Notes under the pieces: generated by a model
The model's input: the letters and a program-made list of their open reading frames with translations, nothing else
What the model was told of the DNA's origin: nothing
The model's database searches: none
In this document: positions 12,069 through 24,314 of the stretch, piece by piece
Layout of the letters: the number at the start of each line of letters is the position of its first letter
Position numbering within the stretch: the first letter of the stretch is position 1
Position numbers and translations under genes: made by a program
Assembly: GCA_951406725.2 (NCBI GenBank)
Contig: OX597816.1
Location: forward strand, 10,106,001 to 10,170,000
Direction of reading: 5' to 3'
Source: Octopus vulgaris
Taxonomy: Eukaryota
Length of the DNA stretch: 64,000 bases

Positions 12069-13340
12069 TCAGGTTGAGTCAAAAGTAAGCAACATTTTGA
12101 GCCATGAAGAATTTGTACTGGATTTTTGCAGTTTTGAATTTATTTTAAGCATTGTTTTTGCAATTGTCTGATATTACAGATATAGACTTGCCCAAATGCA
12201 TCGATAAATTAACATTGACATTTTTTCACCATTGTTACAATCATCTGAAATGGAACTGTCAAAGCTCGATATTCAAGCAATTTTGCTATTCAACTTCAAA
12301 AAAGGACATAAAGCAGCTAAAACTGCTCGTGATATCAATGAAATGTTTGGTGAGGAAATGACCAATGAGTGGTCATCTCAAAAACAGTTTAAATGATTTT
12401 GCAGTGGAGACCTGAGCCTTGAAGATCCTGAGCATTATGGACGCCCATCTGTCCTTGATGATGATTAATTAAAGACCGTCATTGAGAAAGATCCACTTAA
12501 GACTACTCGAGAACTGGTAAAAGAACTTCAAATTAGTTAGAAAACTGTCTGCAACCATTTGCATGTAATCAGGAAATCAAAAAAGCTCAACAAATGTGTA
12601 GCACATGATTTGAATGGAAATCAGAAAATGCGCAGATATGAAATTTGCTTGTCACTTCTTCTCCATAACCAGACTGATCCAGTTCTCAATTGTATTGTAA
12701 CTTGTGATGAAAAGTAGATTCTGTACAATAATAAAAAATGGTCTTCGCAGTGGTTGAGCCAAAATGAAGCACTGAGCGCCGAAAACCTTCCCTGAATCAG
12801 AGCTCTTCAAAAATAAGGTTATGGTGACTGTTTGGTGGTGTACTGCTGGACTCATCCACTATAACTTCTTAAAACCTGAAAAAACCATTACTGCAGAAAC
12901 ATATTGCCATGAAATTGCCAAAATGAATGAAAAATTGCTACTCCTTCGTCCCAGACTGGTCAACAGAAGAGGGCCAATCATTCTTCATGACAATGCTTGA
13001 CTACACGTTTCACTAATGACACTCCAGAAGTTGAGGGAACTTGGGTGCAAAGTTCTTCCCCACCCAGCTTATTCCCCAAGCCTTTCTCCTTCTGACTACC
13101 ACTTTTACAAGCACATTGATGGTTTCCTGCAAGAGTAAGAGTTCAAAAATCAAACCGATGCTGAAAGTACATTCAAAGAGTCCATCAGCTCCAGAACTCC
13201 CGGTTTTTAAGTTACCGGAATAAACAAACATTGGCAAAAATGTGTTGATTGTAATGGTACTTACTTTGATGAATAAAATTTCCACATTGTTGAAATATAT
13301 TGTGATGAATTTCATGTTTCAAAATGTTTACTCAGCCTGA
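12069..13340 (+). mobile_element. Full-length (~1.27 kb) decayed mariner DNA transposon
   Basis: Left TIR TA-TCAGGTTGAGTCAAAAGTAAGCAACATTTTGA; the right end is its inverted copy with a ~10-bp deletion (…TCAAAATGTTTACTCAGCCTGA). Encloses a transposase pseudogene. Confidence 0.9.
12250..13276 (+). pseudogene. Mariner (Hsmar1/cecropia-like) DD34D transposase pseudogene
   Basis: MELSKLDIQAILLFNFKKGHKAAKTARDINEMFG...GRPS...IVTCDEK*ILY...KVMVTVWW...IILHDNA*...HPAYSP..SPSDYHF...WQKCVDCNGTYFDE*; several stops and frameshifts. Confidence 0.9.
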
Positions 13341-13371
13341 TGATTGAGGTGAGTGGGAAGATGGATGGAGG

Positions 13372-13730
13372 ACCATGATCGTTACCAGCGTTGCCTTACT
13401 GGCACTTGTGCTGGTGGCACGTGAAAAACATTCGAGTGAGGTCGTTGCCAGTGCTGCCGGACTGGCTCCTGTGCAGGTAGCACATAGAAAACACCATTTT
13501 CGAGCGTGGCCATTGTCAGTACTGCCAGAGTGGCCTTCGTGCCGGTGGCACTTTAAAAGCACCCACTACACTCTCGGAGTGGTTCGCGCTAGGAAGGGCA
13601 TCCAGCTGTAGAAACTCTGCAATATCAGACTGGAGACTGGTGCAGCCATCTGGCTTACCAGTCCTCAGTCAAATCATCCAACCCATGCTAGCATGGAAAA
13701 CGGACATTAAACGATGATGATGATGATGAT
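13372..13730 (+). mobile_element. RTE-type LINE 3' end
   Basis: GTGCCGGTGGCAC modules, AGGAAGGGCATCCAGCTGTAGAAAC, CATGCTAGCATG, (ATG)n. Confidence 0.8.
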
Positions 13731-14947
13731 ATACACACACTCCCACATGTGTACATATCAAAATCTCACTATCCTCATTGTCATCTTAACGACTGACACC
13801 TATAATTGGCTTGATGCACAAGTGATATTAGTTCTGCCAATATCTGTCCTCATCATCATCACCATCATCTTCCTTGTCATCTTTCAACGTGTTATACAAT
13901 CATTATATTTTTAATTTCAATTCATTTCATAAAACTTCTAAGTTTTTCTCTATTAATACGTATTAGTCACCTATCCATAACCAACACATGTTGTCATGGA
14001 AACTGTATGGAAACTTCATGTAATATCATACATTTATTGTATATTTAGGAAAAATTCTGTCACTTACATGTTACTTGAAGCTTTTCTGAAAAACTATATT
14101 GACTTTTAGAATTTATTTTCAGAATTATTTTCACTATGATACCAAAGGAATAAAAAATGCAGAATTTTATTAGTTTTTATTGTAATAATGAAGATTTATG
14201 TGTAAATCTTCATTTAAACATAAACGGAGATTTATGTTTAGACAAAAAAAGGAAAGAATATGAATACATGTAATTTATAGTTTATGCATTTGGTTTTTTT
14301 TTTTATGTCTTTCTGTTGTTTTTTTTTTGTGGTGGTGGTCGTGGTGGTGAGAGGCTGTGAGTGGCAATTGCTCCATTACAGCAGATATGAAGAGTTTAAG
14401 ATCAATGACTCATGTTATTCCTCGATATTATATATATTCTATACTGACTGAGGATGCATGTATGTTTCTATGTATGCACCATCGGCAAAACATCAGAATG
14501 CAGTATGCAGTATCTACCAAAATAGAGATAATGAAAGATTGGAAGATTAGGTTAGCAGGAAGAGAAGAAGAAAGAGAAAAACAAAAAAAAAGCAACAATA
14601 ATAATGAAAAAAACCTTCATGACTAATAACGGTATTTGGTAGTCAGAAATATATTTTATTTTATATTATTTAAAAAAATTCTTTTTTGTGCTGCTAGCTT
14701 ATGGTCAAGCAAATTTCAGCAGTCTGAAGTTATTGACCAATTTTTGCAGCAGAATTCTACATCCTGTATTTCAATATTTTCATATTTTTCTTACTTATTA
14801 TTATATGTTTTTTTTTTAATATAATGTTTTTTTTTTTCCTTCTTTTAATGTTAAGCATTATATTTATGAAGATTTGATTTGTAGTGTGAGCATGAGTCAT
14901 TCAAATTTTCCATTGTCTCATTGGCTAATAACATCCATAGTTACCAG

Positions 14948-15034
14948 CTCTACAGGCATTAACAGTATTATTACACTTCAGGAATTCGTTGACCCTGGTT
15001 TTGACCTCGCAGATGTTCCTCGGCTCTGTATTGT
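14948..15034 (+). CDS. Candidate 87-nt cassette exon (phase-2 reading STGINSIITLQEFVDPGFDLADVPRLCI)
   Basis: Branch-like ggCTAAT upstream, ccAG acceptor (other AGs nearby make the start uncertain), GT/GTGAGT donor, CpG-containing protein-like sequence in AT-rich DNA. Confidence 0.5.
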
Positions 15035-15170
15035 GTGAGTGTTGCAACTGCTTATTGGATGACTCTCTTCTTTAACTCTGTGCATCTACCATACTGCTTC
15101 CTATGACATTATTTGTAATTCCCGGCTAGGTGGCTGTCTAGCCAAAGGGCGGCCTATGCTGGTCCTCAAC

Positions 15171-15513
15171 CAGTGGTTCTCAACCATTTTTTGCCTATAA
15201 ATCCCTTTAATTCCCATCCTACTCAACTAGACCGCCATTGTCATTCGATGTACAGATAAAAAAGATTTTACTACATTTTTATGATTTCGATTTCACTTAC
15301 GAAGACCTGTTGAGGCAAGTGAAATTGAAATCAAACTCGGTGACTGGCATCCGTTGCTAGTGGAGTGTTAAGAGTACCATATGAGCATGATCGTTGTCAG
15401 AGCAACAAGCTGGCCTCTGTGCCGATGGCATGTTAAAAACACCATTCGAGCGTGATTGTTACCTGCATCACCTTACTAGCAAGGGCCATATGGATCCCAG
15501 TTGAAAACTAACG
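15171..15513. mobile_element. hAT/Charlie-like MITE remnant interrupted by an RTE 3' UTR fragment (~15295-15480)
   Basis: Starts CAGTGGTTCTCAACC and ends with degenerate inverted CAGTTGAAAACTAACG; this TIR type resembles MER5/MER20-class elements. Confidence 0.5.
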
Positions 15514-16239
15514 TCCTAGGTGATTTATTTTCATATTCATTAGTAACTCCTATGTTTATATCTGTACCTTTACCCACCATCTGGAGACCAGCTGAATAAG
15601 GGCTCTCTCTCCCATTCACCATCATCGTTAGTTAATGTCTGTTTTCCATATTGGCATGGATTGGATGATTCAACGGGAACCAGAAAACAGAGAAATGTGT
15701 CAAGTTCTGATGCCTTCTTTGGCATGGTTTCTACAACTAGTTGCCTTTCCTCATGCCAACCACTTTACAGAGTGTCCTGGGTGCTCTTCACATTGTACAG
15801 GCACCAATGAGTTTACCAGGTAACTTGAAAGACAAGACCCCTTGACAGAGCGGACTATATGTTTTATTGAAAGATAGCTTTATGCCAGGTGAAGAGAGGC
15901 TTAACCATTTGGGCTCTGACCTCCTGAACCTTATTTTACCATATACTTGGTACTCCACCAGTGCTATAGTATAGAGTGGTGCTACGATATACAGAAAAAT
16001 AAGCCATCCACTGGTAAACTAGTGTTATGGGCTCAAAGGTTTAAGAATGGTAAAGGGACAGGAACGGGTGCCTTGCTACAAGGAAGAGAGATGATAATGG
16101 AGAAGATGTATGAAAATGTAGTCTCAAGTTACAGGCAGGAGAATAAAAGGGAACTGACTACTCTCATATTTGGTCAAGGATATTGGTCTTATGTTAATGC
16201 CTCAAATGAAGAATGCAACTGCAGTCTCCTCCCTGGGAA

Positions 16240-17043
16240 TCATCATCATCGTTTAACGTCCATTTTCCATGCTAGCATGGGCTGGACGGTTCGACTGGGT
16301 CTGGGAAGCCAGGAGGCTGCACCAGGCCCCAATCTGATCTAGCAGAGTTTCTACAGCTGGATGCCCTTCCTAATGCCAACCACTCCGTGAGTGTAGTGGG
16401 TGTTTTTTACATGCCACTGGCACAGGGGCCAGAGGGGGCTGGCAAACGGCCACGATCAGTTGGTGCTTTTACATGCCACCGACTCAGACGCCAGTCAGGC
16501 AGCGCTGGCATCAGTGTATTAAAGATTGTAAACTTAAAATTTAAAAGTTGCTGGTCACTGAAGGTATGAGAGATAAAAACAATCCCTAAAATATAGCAAT
16601 TTTAAATCCATTAAGATTTATGTATATCTCCCTAAGAAAATGAAAAATACAAATGAACCAATAAATGGATTTCATGTTGGTTTCAGTAATGATTCTTTGA
16701 GTTCTTTAGTCTATAAAACTACCAATGTACTGTAGTATAGTGTCAATAGCTGAGTAATCCACCAACACTTGTACTCGTGATAGTCTTCAGATATTCTGAG
16801 TATGACATTGTGTTGTAATTATAAGCTTTTGATTTCCAAGTTCATTCTACACTCATGGGCTGGTTGGCGTTAGGACTACACTCACAGAGTGGTTGGTGTT
16901 AGGAAGGGCATCCAGCTGTAGAAACACTACCCAACCAGACTGGAGCCTTGTGCAGCCTCCATGGCTTACCTGACCCCAGTCGAACCGTCCAACCCATGCT
17001 AGCATGGAAAATGGATGTTAAATGATGATGATGATGAGGATGA
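16240..17043. mobile_element. Two oppositely oriented RTE-type 3' ends (16240-16512 minus; 16860-17043 plus)
   Basis: Both carry the CATGCTAGCATG terminus and (ATG)n/(CAT)n tails. Confidence 0.8.
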
Positions 17044-18453
17044 TTCTAGTAAGTAGATTCTGCACAGTCTCCAACAATCCAAATTTATTGCCTGTAAATT
17101 ATTCATCCATTAGAAATAGCAACTGAATTTACTTCAGATCAGACAATGTTCTACATATCCCTAAAATGACAGGATGGTCATGGTTGAAATGTCTTTGATC
17201 ATAGACCTTCTCAGTCAAGTTTGAACAACTCTTTCAACAACCATCTAATTTCACTCACAACATGAACTTGAAGATGTTGTAGGGTAATTCAGTCCAAGGA
17301 ATTGAACCCCAAATCACTTGAATGAAAATGTAACTTCTTAGCCATTCAACTATAAAGCCCCTCCAAAATGGCCATGGCCACAGGAACTTGGAAATCTACC
17401 CAAGAACTTGACCATATGCCCAAGAACTTGGTCCTGCTCCAAGTTCTTTCCAAGAACTCATCTTTGCTTTGAAGAATTTGGCTAGGCACCAAAAAACTGA
17501 TCAATGTCATCAAGAGGAATATATATGGATAAAAAAACAGGTCAGAAAATTTGTGTATAAAGAGAAAAGAAATCTTGCTACTTGGCTATTCCACAATGGG
17601 AATGTTTTGAAAATACACTGTATTTGCGGATTTTGGTTTTTGTTATGATGCAGCATATATTTTGTTTATTAATTTATTTTACTTTACTTTATTTTGAAAT
17701 CCTGAATCCATGGCAGCATAAAGGCAGAGAAAGTATAAATCGGTAAAATTTTTATAATTGAATGTATGTTGTGAAGCTGATTGATCTGGAGGAATTAATT
17801 TGATCTGCTTTCGATATGAGCAAAGTCTTTTATATGGTCAGAGAATCACTTTTATCAGTGACTGTTTGTTTTTAGAATAAGCTAACCATAAAAGAAATGA
17901 AAGAATTGAAAATATTTCTTTATTTCCCCCCCCCCCCATTGTAGTATGAGATTATGTTGCCAAATTAATAAGGCTTTCTGTTTAGTTTACATTTCTTGAT
18001 CTATTACTCTGAGATAAGAACTGTAATATCATTCTGCAAAGTTAGATATTTATATGAAATATTGGAAAGTTTCAGATCTGGAAGCTCCTGCTAGAATTAT
18101 CCATTCAACTATAAAAGAAGAGAATCTTTTAGATTAACTGAAAGCTTGTATGGTAATTGGTCTTGCCTAAAACAATGCATTCAAGACTTGGTAGTTAGAT
18201 TAAACCTGAGATCTGACACAAGTATTATGCTTAATCCTTAAGCAAAGACACATTGCATTCATCAGAGGACCTATCAATCATCAACTCATTTATTGCATTA
18301 TGCTCTTAATCTGGCCACATTAAATTGGAGCTTGTCTCTGCTTGTCAAGCTGGAAATACATTCCATTATCACATCACTGCTTGAACAGTTAATGAAAGCA
18401 AGAGCAAAGATTTGTGAAAAACTATCTACTTGTTCCTATAATTTATATACAGA

Positions 18454-18768
18454 TTAACACTTTTGTTACCGAATGAATGTCCAGTGAAATACACTGCCTT
18501 GGTTTAGATTTATGTTGAAAATAATGAAAAATTTAGTAAAATAACTTTGTCATTTCAACTGGTGCTTGCTGCATAAATTAACATAAATTTTGACGTAGGC
18601 ACAGGAGTGGGTGTGTGGTAAGTAGCTTGCTTACCAACCACATGGTTCCGGGTTCAGTCCCACTGCGTGGCACCTTGGGCAAGTGTCTTATATTACAGCC
18701 TCGGGCCGACCAAAGCCTTGTGAGTGGATTTGGTAGATGGAAACTGAAAGAATCCCATTGTATATATG

Positions 18769-18815
<47 letters not shown>

Positions 18816-19335
18816 TTGTGTGTCTGTGTTTGTTTGTCCCCCCAACATTGCTTGACAACTGATGGTGGTGTGTTTGCGTCCCCGTAACTTAGCGGTTCTG
18901 CAAAAGAGACTGATGAAATAAGTACTAGGCTTACAAAGAATAAGTCCTGGGGTCGATTTACTTGAGTAAAAGCAGTGCTCCAGCATGGCCGCAGTCAAAT
19001 GACTGAAATAAGTAAAAGAGAGAGTAAAGGTTTTAAATTAGATAACTTTAAAAAGAGAAAGTTTGTATCATTGAACTAGGAATGGTCTCAGGCAGGTTGG
19101 TGTCTATAGGGGTTAACCCAATTTCTTATCATATTTCTATTCACATATGCTACCATTGTTTTAATTAATTTTAAAAGCTAACAAGGAATTTAGTAAAAAT
19201 AATTTTGTTATTATTAGGTTGGTGTCTACATAAAGTAACATAAATTTTGATGGTAAGTTTGAGATCCACTTGAACTATGAAGGTTGTATGTTAGAGCCAG
19301 GAGTCATCTTGGGCAGGTTGGTGTCCGAAGAGTTA
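18454..19335 (+). mobile_element. Two older head-to-tail TTAA/piggyBac-type MITEs sharing one TTAA (~19113); the first is interrupted by a SINE
   Basis: Degenerate TTAACC...GGTTAA ends and AATTTAGTAAAATAACT core shared with 45664-46398. Confidence 0.6.
18597..19025 (+). mobile_element. SINE family A, full length
   Basis: tRNA-like head, microsatellite middle, ...GACTGAAATAAGTAAAAGAG tail. Confidence 0.88.
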
Positions 19336-19854
19336 AAGTTACCAAATTACTATCCAGTTCCTATCAACAAAGAAGTTTGAAAATAAATGTGTTTAGAATC
19401 ACAGGAAAAAAAAAAGAAAAGCATTAATCTTTTAGACATTAGCAAAAAGCTACAAGTTTGTAATGTAGTTGATGGGGTTGATTTAATCAATCTAAAAACA
19501 TGGCTGGAATTATTCTATTGTCCCTGGAGGGATGAAAGACCAAGTTAATATGGTTTATAATCAATTACATTCAACTTCCATGAAAGATGGATGCAAGGAT
19601 AGTTGTGTGGATAAGCAATCCACTTTGCAATGAGAAATTCTGGGTTCAGTTTCACTGTACAAACTGCTAAAGCCACTGAGATTTCTGCTAAAACTGATAA
19701 CAATACCTGCTGCCAGTAACCACCAAGACTCTGTGACAGAAGGAAACAAAATACCAGCATCTTGTGATTTTTTTTTTTATATATAAATTCTTTCTTACTT
19801 TTATCTATGATAAAGTTCTCAGAGTATTTTCTTCTTGCTTTTTAATATAACTTT

Positions 19855-20420
19855 CATCATCATCATTGTTTAACGTCCGTCTTCCATGCTAGCGTGGGTT
19901 GGACAGTTTGACTGGGGTCTGGGAAGCCAGGAGGCTGCACCAGGTTCCAGTCTGATCTGACAGTGTTTCTACAGCTGGGTGCCCTTCCTAATGCCAACCA
20001 CTCTGTGAGTGTAGTGGGTACTTTTTACGTGCCACCAGCACAGGTGCCAGGGGAGGCTGGCAGCGGCCACGATCGGTTGGTGCTTTTTACGTGCCACCGA
20101 CACGTAAAGTCAAGGCGGCACTGGCATCAGCCATGTTCGGATGGTGCTTTTTACGTGCCATCGGCACAGGTATCACAACTACAATTTCCATTTGATTTTT
20201 GATGTTGATGTACTTCACTCAATAGGTCTCCTCAAGCACAGTATGTGTGTATATATATATCATCATCATCCTTTAACATCCGATTTCCATGCTAGCATGG
20301 GTTGGACGATTTGACACTCGAATGGTGCCTTTTATGTGCCACTGGCACAGAAGCTGGTTAGCCGCTCTGTCAACAGTCACGCTCCTATGGTGCTCTTTGC
20401 ACATGTACATGGTGCTCTTT
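19855..20420 (-). mobile_element. Two tandem RTE-type 3' ends
   Basis: (CAT)n plus CATGCTAGC(A/G)TG termini at ~19855 and ~20261. Confidence 0.75.
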
Positions 20421-20629
20421 GTACATATATATATGTATGTATAATATATCGATAGATAGGGAGAGAACATGAGAGAGTGAGAGAGTTCGTTGAAGCTAAA
20501 ACACTCTCACATACTGTTACTCAGAGTTTCACATTACTGATCATCAAACTGCCACGAGTGCTTAATTTAGCATTTGAGTGCTGTTTTCTCCGTCTTGTTT
20601 TGCTCCTATGTGCTTCCTTTTGTGTGTAG

Positions 20630-20713
20630 AATTTATATATTGAATGGGGATAGAAACAATAGCAAGAAAACAGAGAAAAATCAGTGGTCCATGAAAGGTG
20701 TTTCATGCATCAG
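20630..20713 (+). CDS. Candidate 84-nt cassette exon (phase-2 reading IYILNGDRNNSKKTEKNQWSMKGVSCI)
   Basis: Long pyrimidine tract with TGC motifs ending gtgtAG, donor AG/GTTAGA, length 3n; only the phase-2 frame is open. Confidence 0.45.
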
Positions 20714-21857
20714 GTTAGACAATTCCTAGTTAATCTCACAAACAGGAATACCGTGTATCACTGATTGGTCCATTAGAACAATATAACCAAGGAAACTATT
20801 GCTCATAAATTACATTATAAAAATACTAATAAATAAATAAGAATAAATCTCAAGTAAGATTTGAATTGAGAATATACAGGGAGAAAACTAAATAGTGGAA
20901 GGAATTTAGAACATCCAGCCCTCTATCTTTCCTTCCACTCTACCTTTGTAGATACAAGTACTGAAGTAACACAGATAAAATAAATACTCACAGAGTAATT
21001 TTATATAATTATCAGTCTTATCTAAATTAAAATATTATGTTGAATCTGAAGAATGGTTGGTTTGTTTGTTTCTAGAATAATAATCCAAGACTTTAAAAAT
21101 ATCTCCTTTCTTATACTTGGAAGAGCTAATGTATATTGTTGTACATAATGAATAAACTATACAGCAAATTAGATTCAGATAAACAAATTAAATGTCCAAC
21201 ATCCTATACCCTCCAGTAAGTAAAATGTTCTGCTGGAATGGTTTCAGTGCTTTGGAGAAAATAATGTTAATAATAATAATAATAATAATAATTTATGTGT
21301 TGTTTCTATAAATCATATTTTGTTTTACATTTGATTCAATAATAATATCTGTATCATTTTATAAATTACACTTTTCTCTTCCTTAAAAATATCTTTTCAT
21401 ATGTCTAAGAGATGTTAACAAAAACGGATTAAAAATTCAAGAATCTTTTACATATTAACACACAAATCTGTAACAGTAGCGATGTATTTGACTCAAACAA
21501 CCTAATGGAATGGATAGAATTTATTTTATTGAACTAGGATAAATGAAAAGTAGAATTTAAAACACTTTGTTTTTAATTTTTACTCAAAATTAACTCATAG
21601 GTGTTTCATAGAGCATTGTGTATGTGCTCACTAACTGTCATTCTATTTGTACAATGCACTGACAGATGTTGTTGGAGAGCAGTTTTTTATTAGCTGAGAT
21701 TGTGCGTGAGAGTTTGTGTGTTGTTATAGACTATTCTTAAATGAATTTTCAGTTAACCAAATTATATGCTATGTTTTGCAAGATTCATGAAGAGAAATCA
21801 TGACTAACCCCAAGAATAACAAACTACATGCGTTTTTGGCTTTCTCTATTGTTACAG

Positions 21858-21917
21858 ACGTTCACTAAAGAATAGTGAATCTGACAGAAAGTACCGGCAT
21901 ATCAGTGGGAAACTATG
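21858..21917 (+). CDS. Candidate 60-nt cassette exon (phase-2 reading RSLKNSESDRKYRHISGKL)
   Basis: tgaCTAAC branch motif at ~21801, acceptor ctttctctattgttacAG, donor TG/GTATGG, length 3n; only the phase-2 frame is open. Confidence 0.55.
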
Positions 21918-22299
21918 GTATGGATGTTAAAACTACGACAGAATGTATACACACACACACCATCTCTCTAACTCACCCCCTCCACACACACAGAGATAGC
22001 AATGAATGTGTGTCTGCATCATGTACACGTATGTTAAGTTGTAATTATTTACTAGACAGCATATTCTTATAAAATTGTATCTAACTTCCATAAAATTTTA
22101 ATTAAGGAACTCAAATTCAGAGGGACAGTAAAAATGAGCAGAGACATTAATATGAAAATGAAACTGTGGAACTTCCCTCATCAGCTGACAATCAAATATC
22201 AATGAGGTTTCAACACCTTAAGACAGGATTTATATCTTCATTTGAATCTCATGACTGACTTTATTGTTGCACAATTTTTCACTTTTTGTTCTTCTTCAG

Positions 22300-22311
22300 A
22301 GTAAAAAGATG
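22300..22311 (+). CDS. Candidate 12-nt microexon (phase-2 reading VKR; alternative in-frame donor after 22317)
   Basis: Acceptor tttttcactttttgttcttcttcAG; donors TG/GTTAGA or GA/GTAACC, both 3n. Confidence 0.3.
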
Positions 22312-22704
22312 GTTAGAGTAACCTAATTGGGTTTCCATTATATAAAAACACATGGCAGCACATTAAATGACTAAGACAGGGCCTGTGCTGGGGGGACTGG
22401 CATGCCAAAAAATAGAGCCAACATTTTCTCTACTGTTGTAAAAGAAAACTAAAGGAAGTTGAAGTAGGATTTGTACTCTGATCTTGTAAAACCCTCATCA
22501 GCAAAAACTATCCAAACAGACCCATGGTCTGGAAGATTGTTGCCTGAGTAGTACAAAGGTGTCATCCATCAGATGTAGGGAATCATCAGCAAATGGTAAA
22601 TGCACTGCAACAACACACATCTCCATACCAGACTTGAACTCTGCCTTCATTTTGTGAACCTCATTCAAGTCCCTGCATTAGTTATTTTGTTAACCAAAGG
22701 ATTG

Positions 22705-23870
22705 CATCATCATCATCATCGTCACCATCACCATCACACGTTCTCTTGCCATGCTGGTATGAGTTGGATGGTTTGACATGGAGTTGGCCACCTGAGAGCT
22801 GTCTAGACTACAATTGTTTGTTGTGGCATAATTTCTATGACTGGATGCCCTTCCTAATACCAACTACTTTACAGAGTGTTCTGGGTGCTTGTTATGTGCC
22901 ACTGGCACAAGTGCATTTATGCAGCACAGGTGCTTTTAATGTGGCACCGTCACCTGAAAGGAAAAGCCTGAATGTGTGGAAGACAGTGATTTTATTTTAA
23001 CTCGACGTGTCTTTTCGAGTACAGCAAATTTCCACCTCTCCTGGTCCTTTGTCATTTCCTCAGTGAGGCCTAGCATCCAAAGATCCTTTCTCTCCATATC
23101 TTCTTGAGTCTACCCTTTCTGCAAGTACCCTCCACCATTAGAGACTGGTACTTCTTTATGCAGCTATCCCCATCCATACGCATCACATGACCAAACAAGT
23201 ACAGTCTTCTCTCTTGCATACAACATCTGGTGCATCTTATACCCAGTTTTCCTCTTAAAATCATTTACACTCTGTCATGCATGCTAGCTTCATTTCTTTC
23301 AAAGTTTCACAAGTCCTCTGTAGTCAAAGCCCATATTTCACTACCATGTAACACAGCTGCATGTACACAGGCATCATGCAATCTGCTTTTCACCCTAAAG
23401 GAGAGGCCCTTACCAACAACGGTAGAATCTCTCTGAACTTTTCCCAGCCTGTTCTTATTCTAACAACTACATTTTTAACACTTCCTTCACTACTGCTAAC
23501 TTGGTCTCCTAGGTAATAGAAGCTAACAGTTACTTCTAATGATCCCCCTGAGCATTTGAGGGAGTCTGTATTCTGTGTACTTTTAATGCTTATTGTACCC
23601 GCACATTTGCCACACAAAAAGACTATTTTTTCTGTTAACCTTCCTGTGATACTGCTACACCTCTTATGTGTCCAAAGCTTTCATTGGGTACAACATATGG
23701 AGTTTCTACCAACGCTCTTCTTACGTATCAAGCAGGGCCATCTCCCTGAAAGGACTTGTCATTTGTCTGTTTTTTTCCTTTTTACTAGGACTTGGTTTTT
23801 GCTAAATTAACTGCAAGGCCCTTGGACTTCAGGCCTCAGTGACAAAAACTTGGTTTTAGACATCTAGATA
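22705..23870 (-). mobile_element. Older, decayed RTE-clade LINE fragment related to 1930-3353
   Basis: Minus-strand ORFs: CGKC...LEVTVSFYYLGDQ...GWEKFREILPLL and RRLYLFGHVMRMD...RKGRLKKIW; degenerate 3' tail. Confidence 0.8.
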
Positions 23871-23955
23871 AATTTTACTACAAGTATTGAATATTTTTTG
23901 CCAGATATACATGTGGGTGTATGTATATGTGTCTGTCTGTCTGCCTGTCTATTTG

Positions 23956-24027
<72 letters not shown>

Positions 24028-24120
24028 GTTAGCTATCTGTGTATCTATCTATCTATCTATCTAGTTAGCTATCTGTCTATCTATCTATCTATCTAGTTAG
24101 CTATCCGTCTATCTATTTAT

Positions 24121-24159
<39 letters not shown>

Positions 24160-24173
24160 GTTAGCTATCTGTG

Positions 24174-24231
<58 letters not shown>

Positions 24232-24314
24232 GTTAGCTATCTGTCTATCTATCTATCTATCTAGTTAGCTATCCGTCTATCTATTTATTTATCTATCTAT
24301 CTATCTATCTATCT

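Noticed and set aside
12250-13276. Active or domesticated transposase
   Set aside because: Multiple stops, frameshifts and a damaged right TIR.
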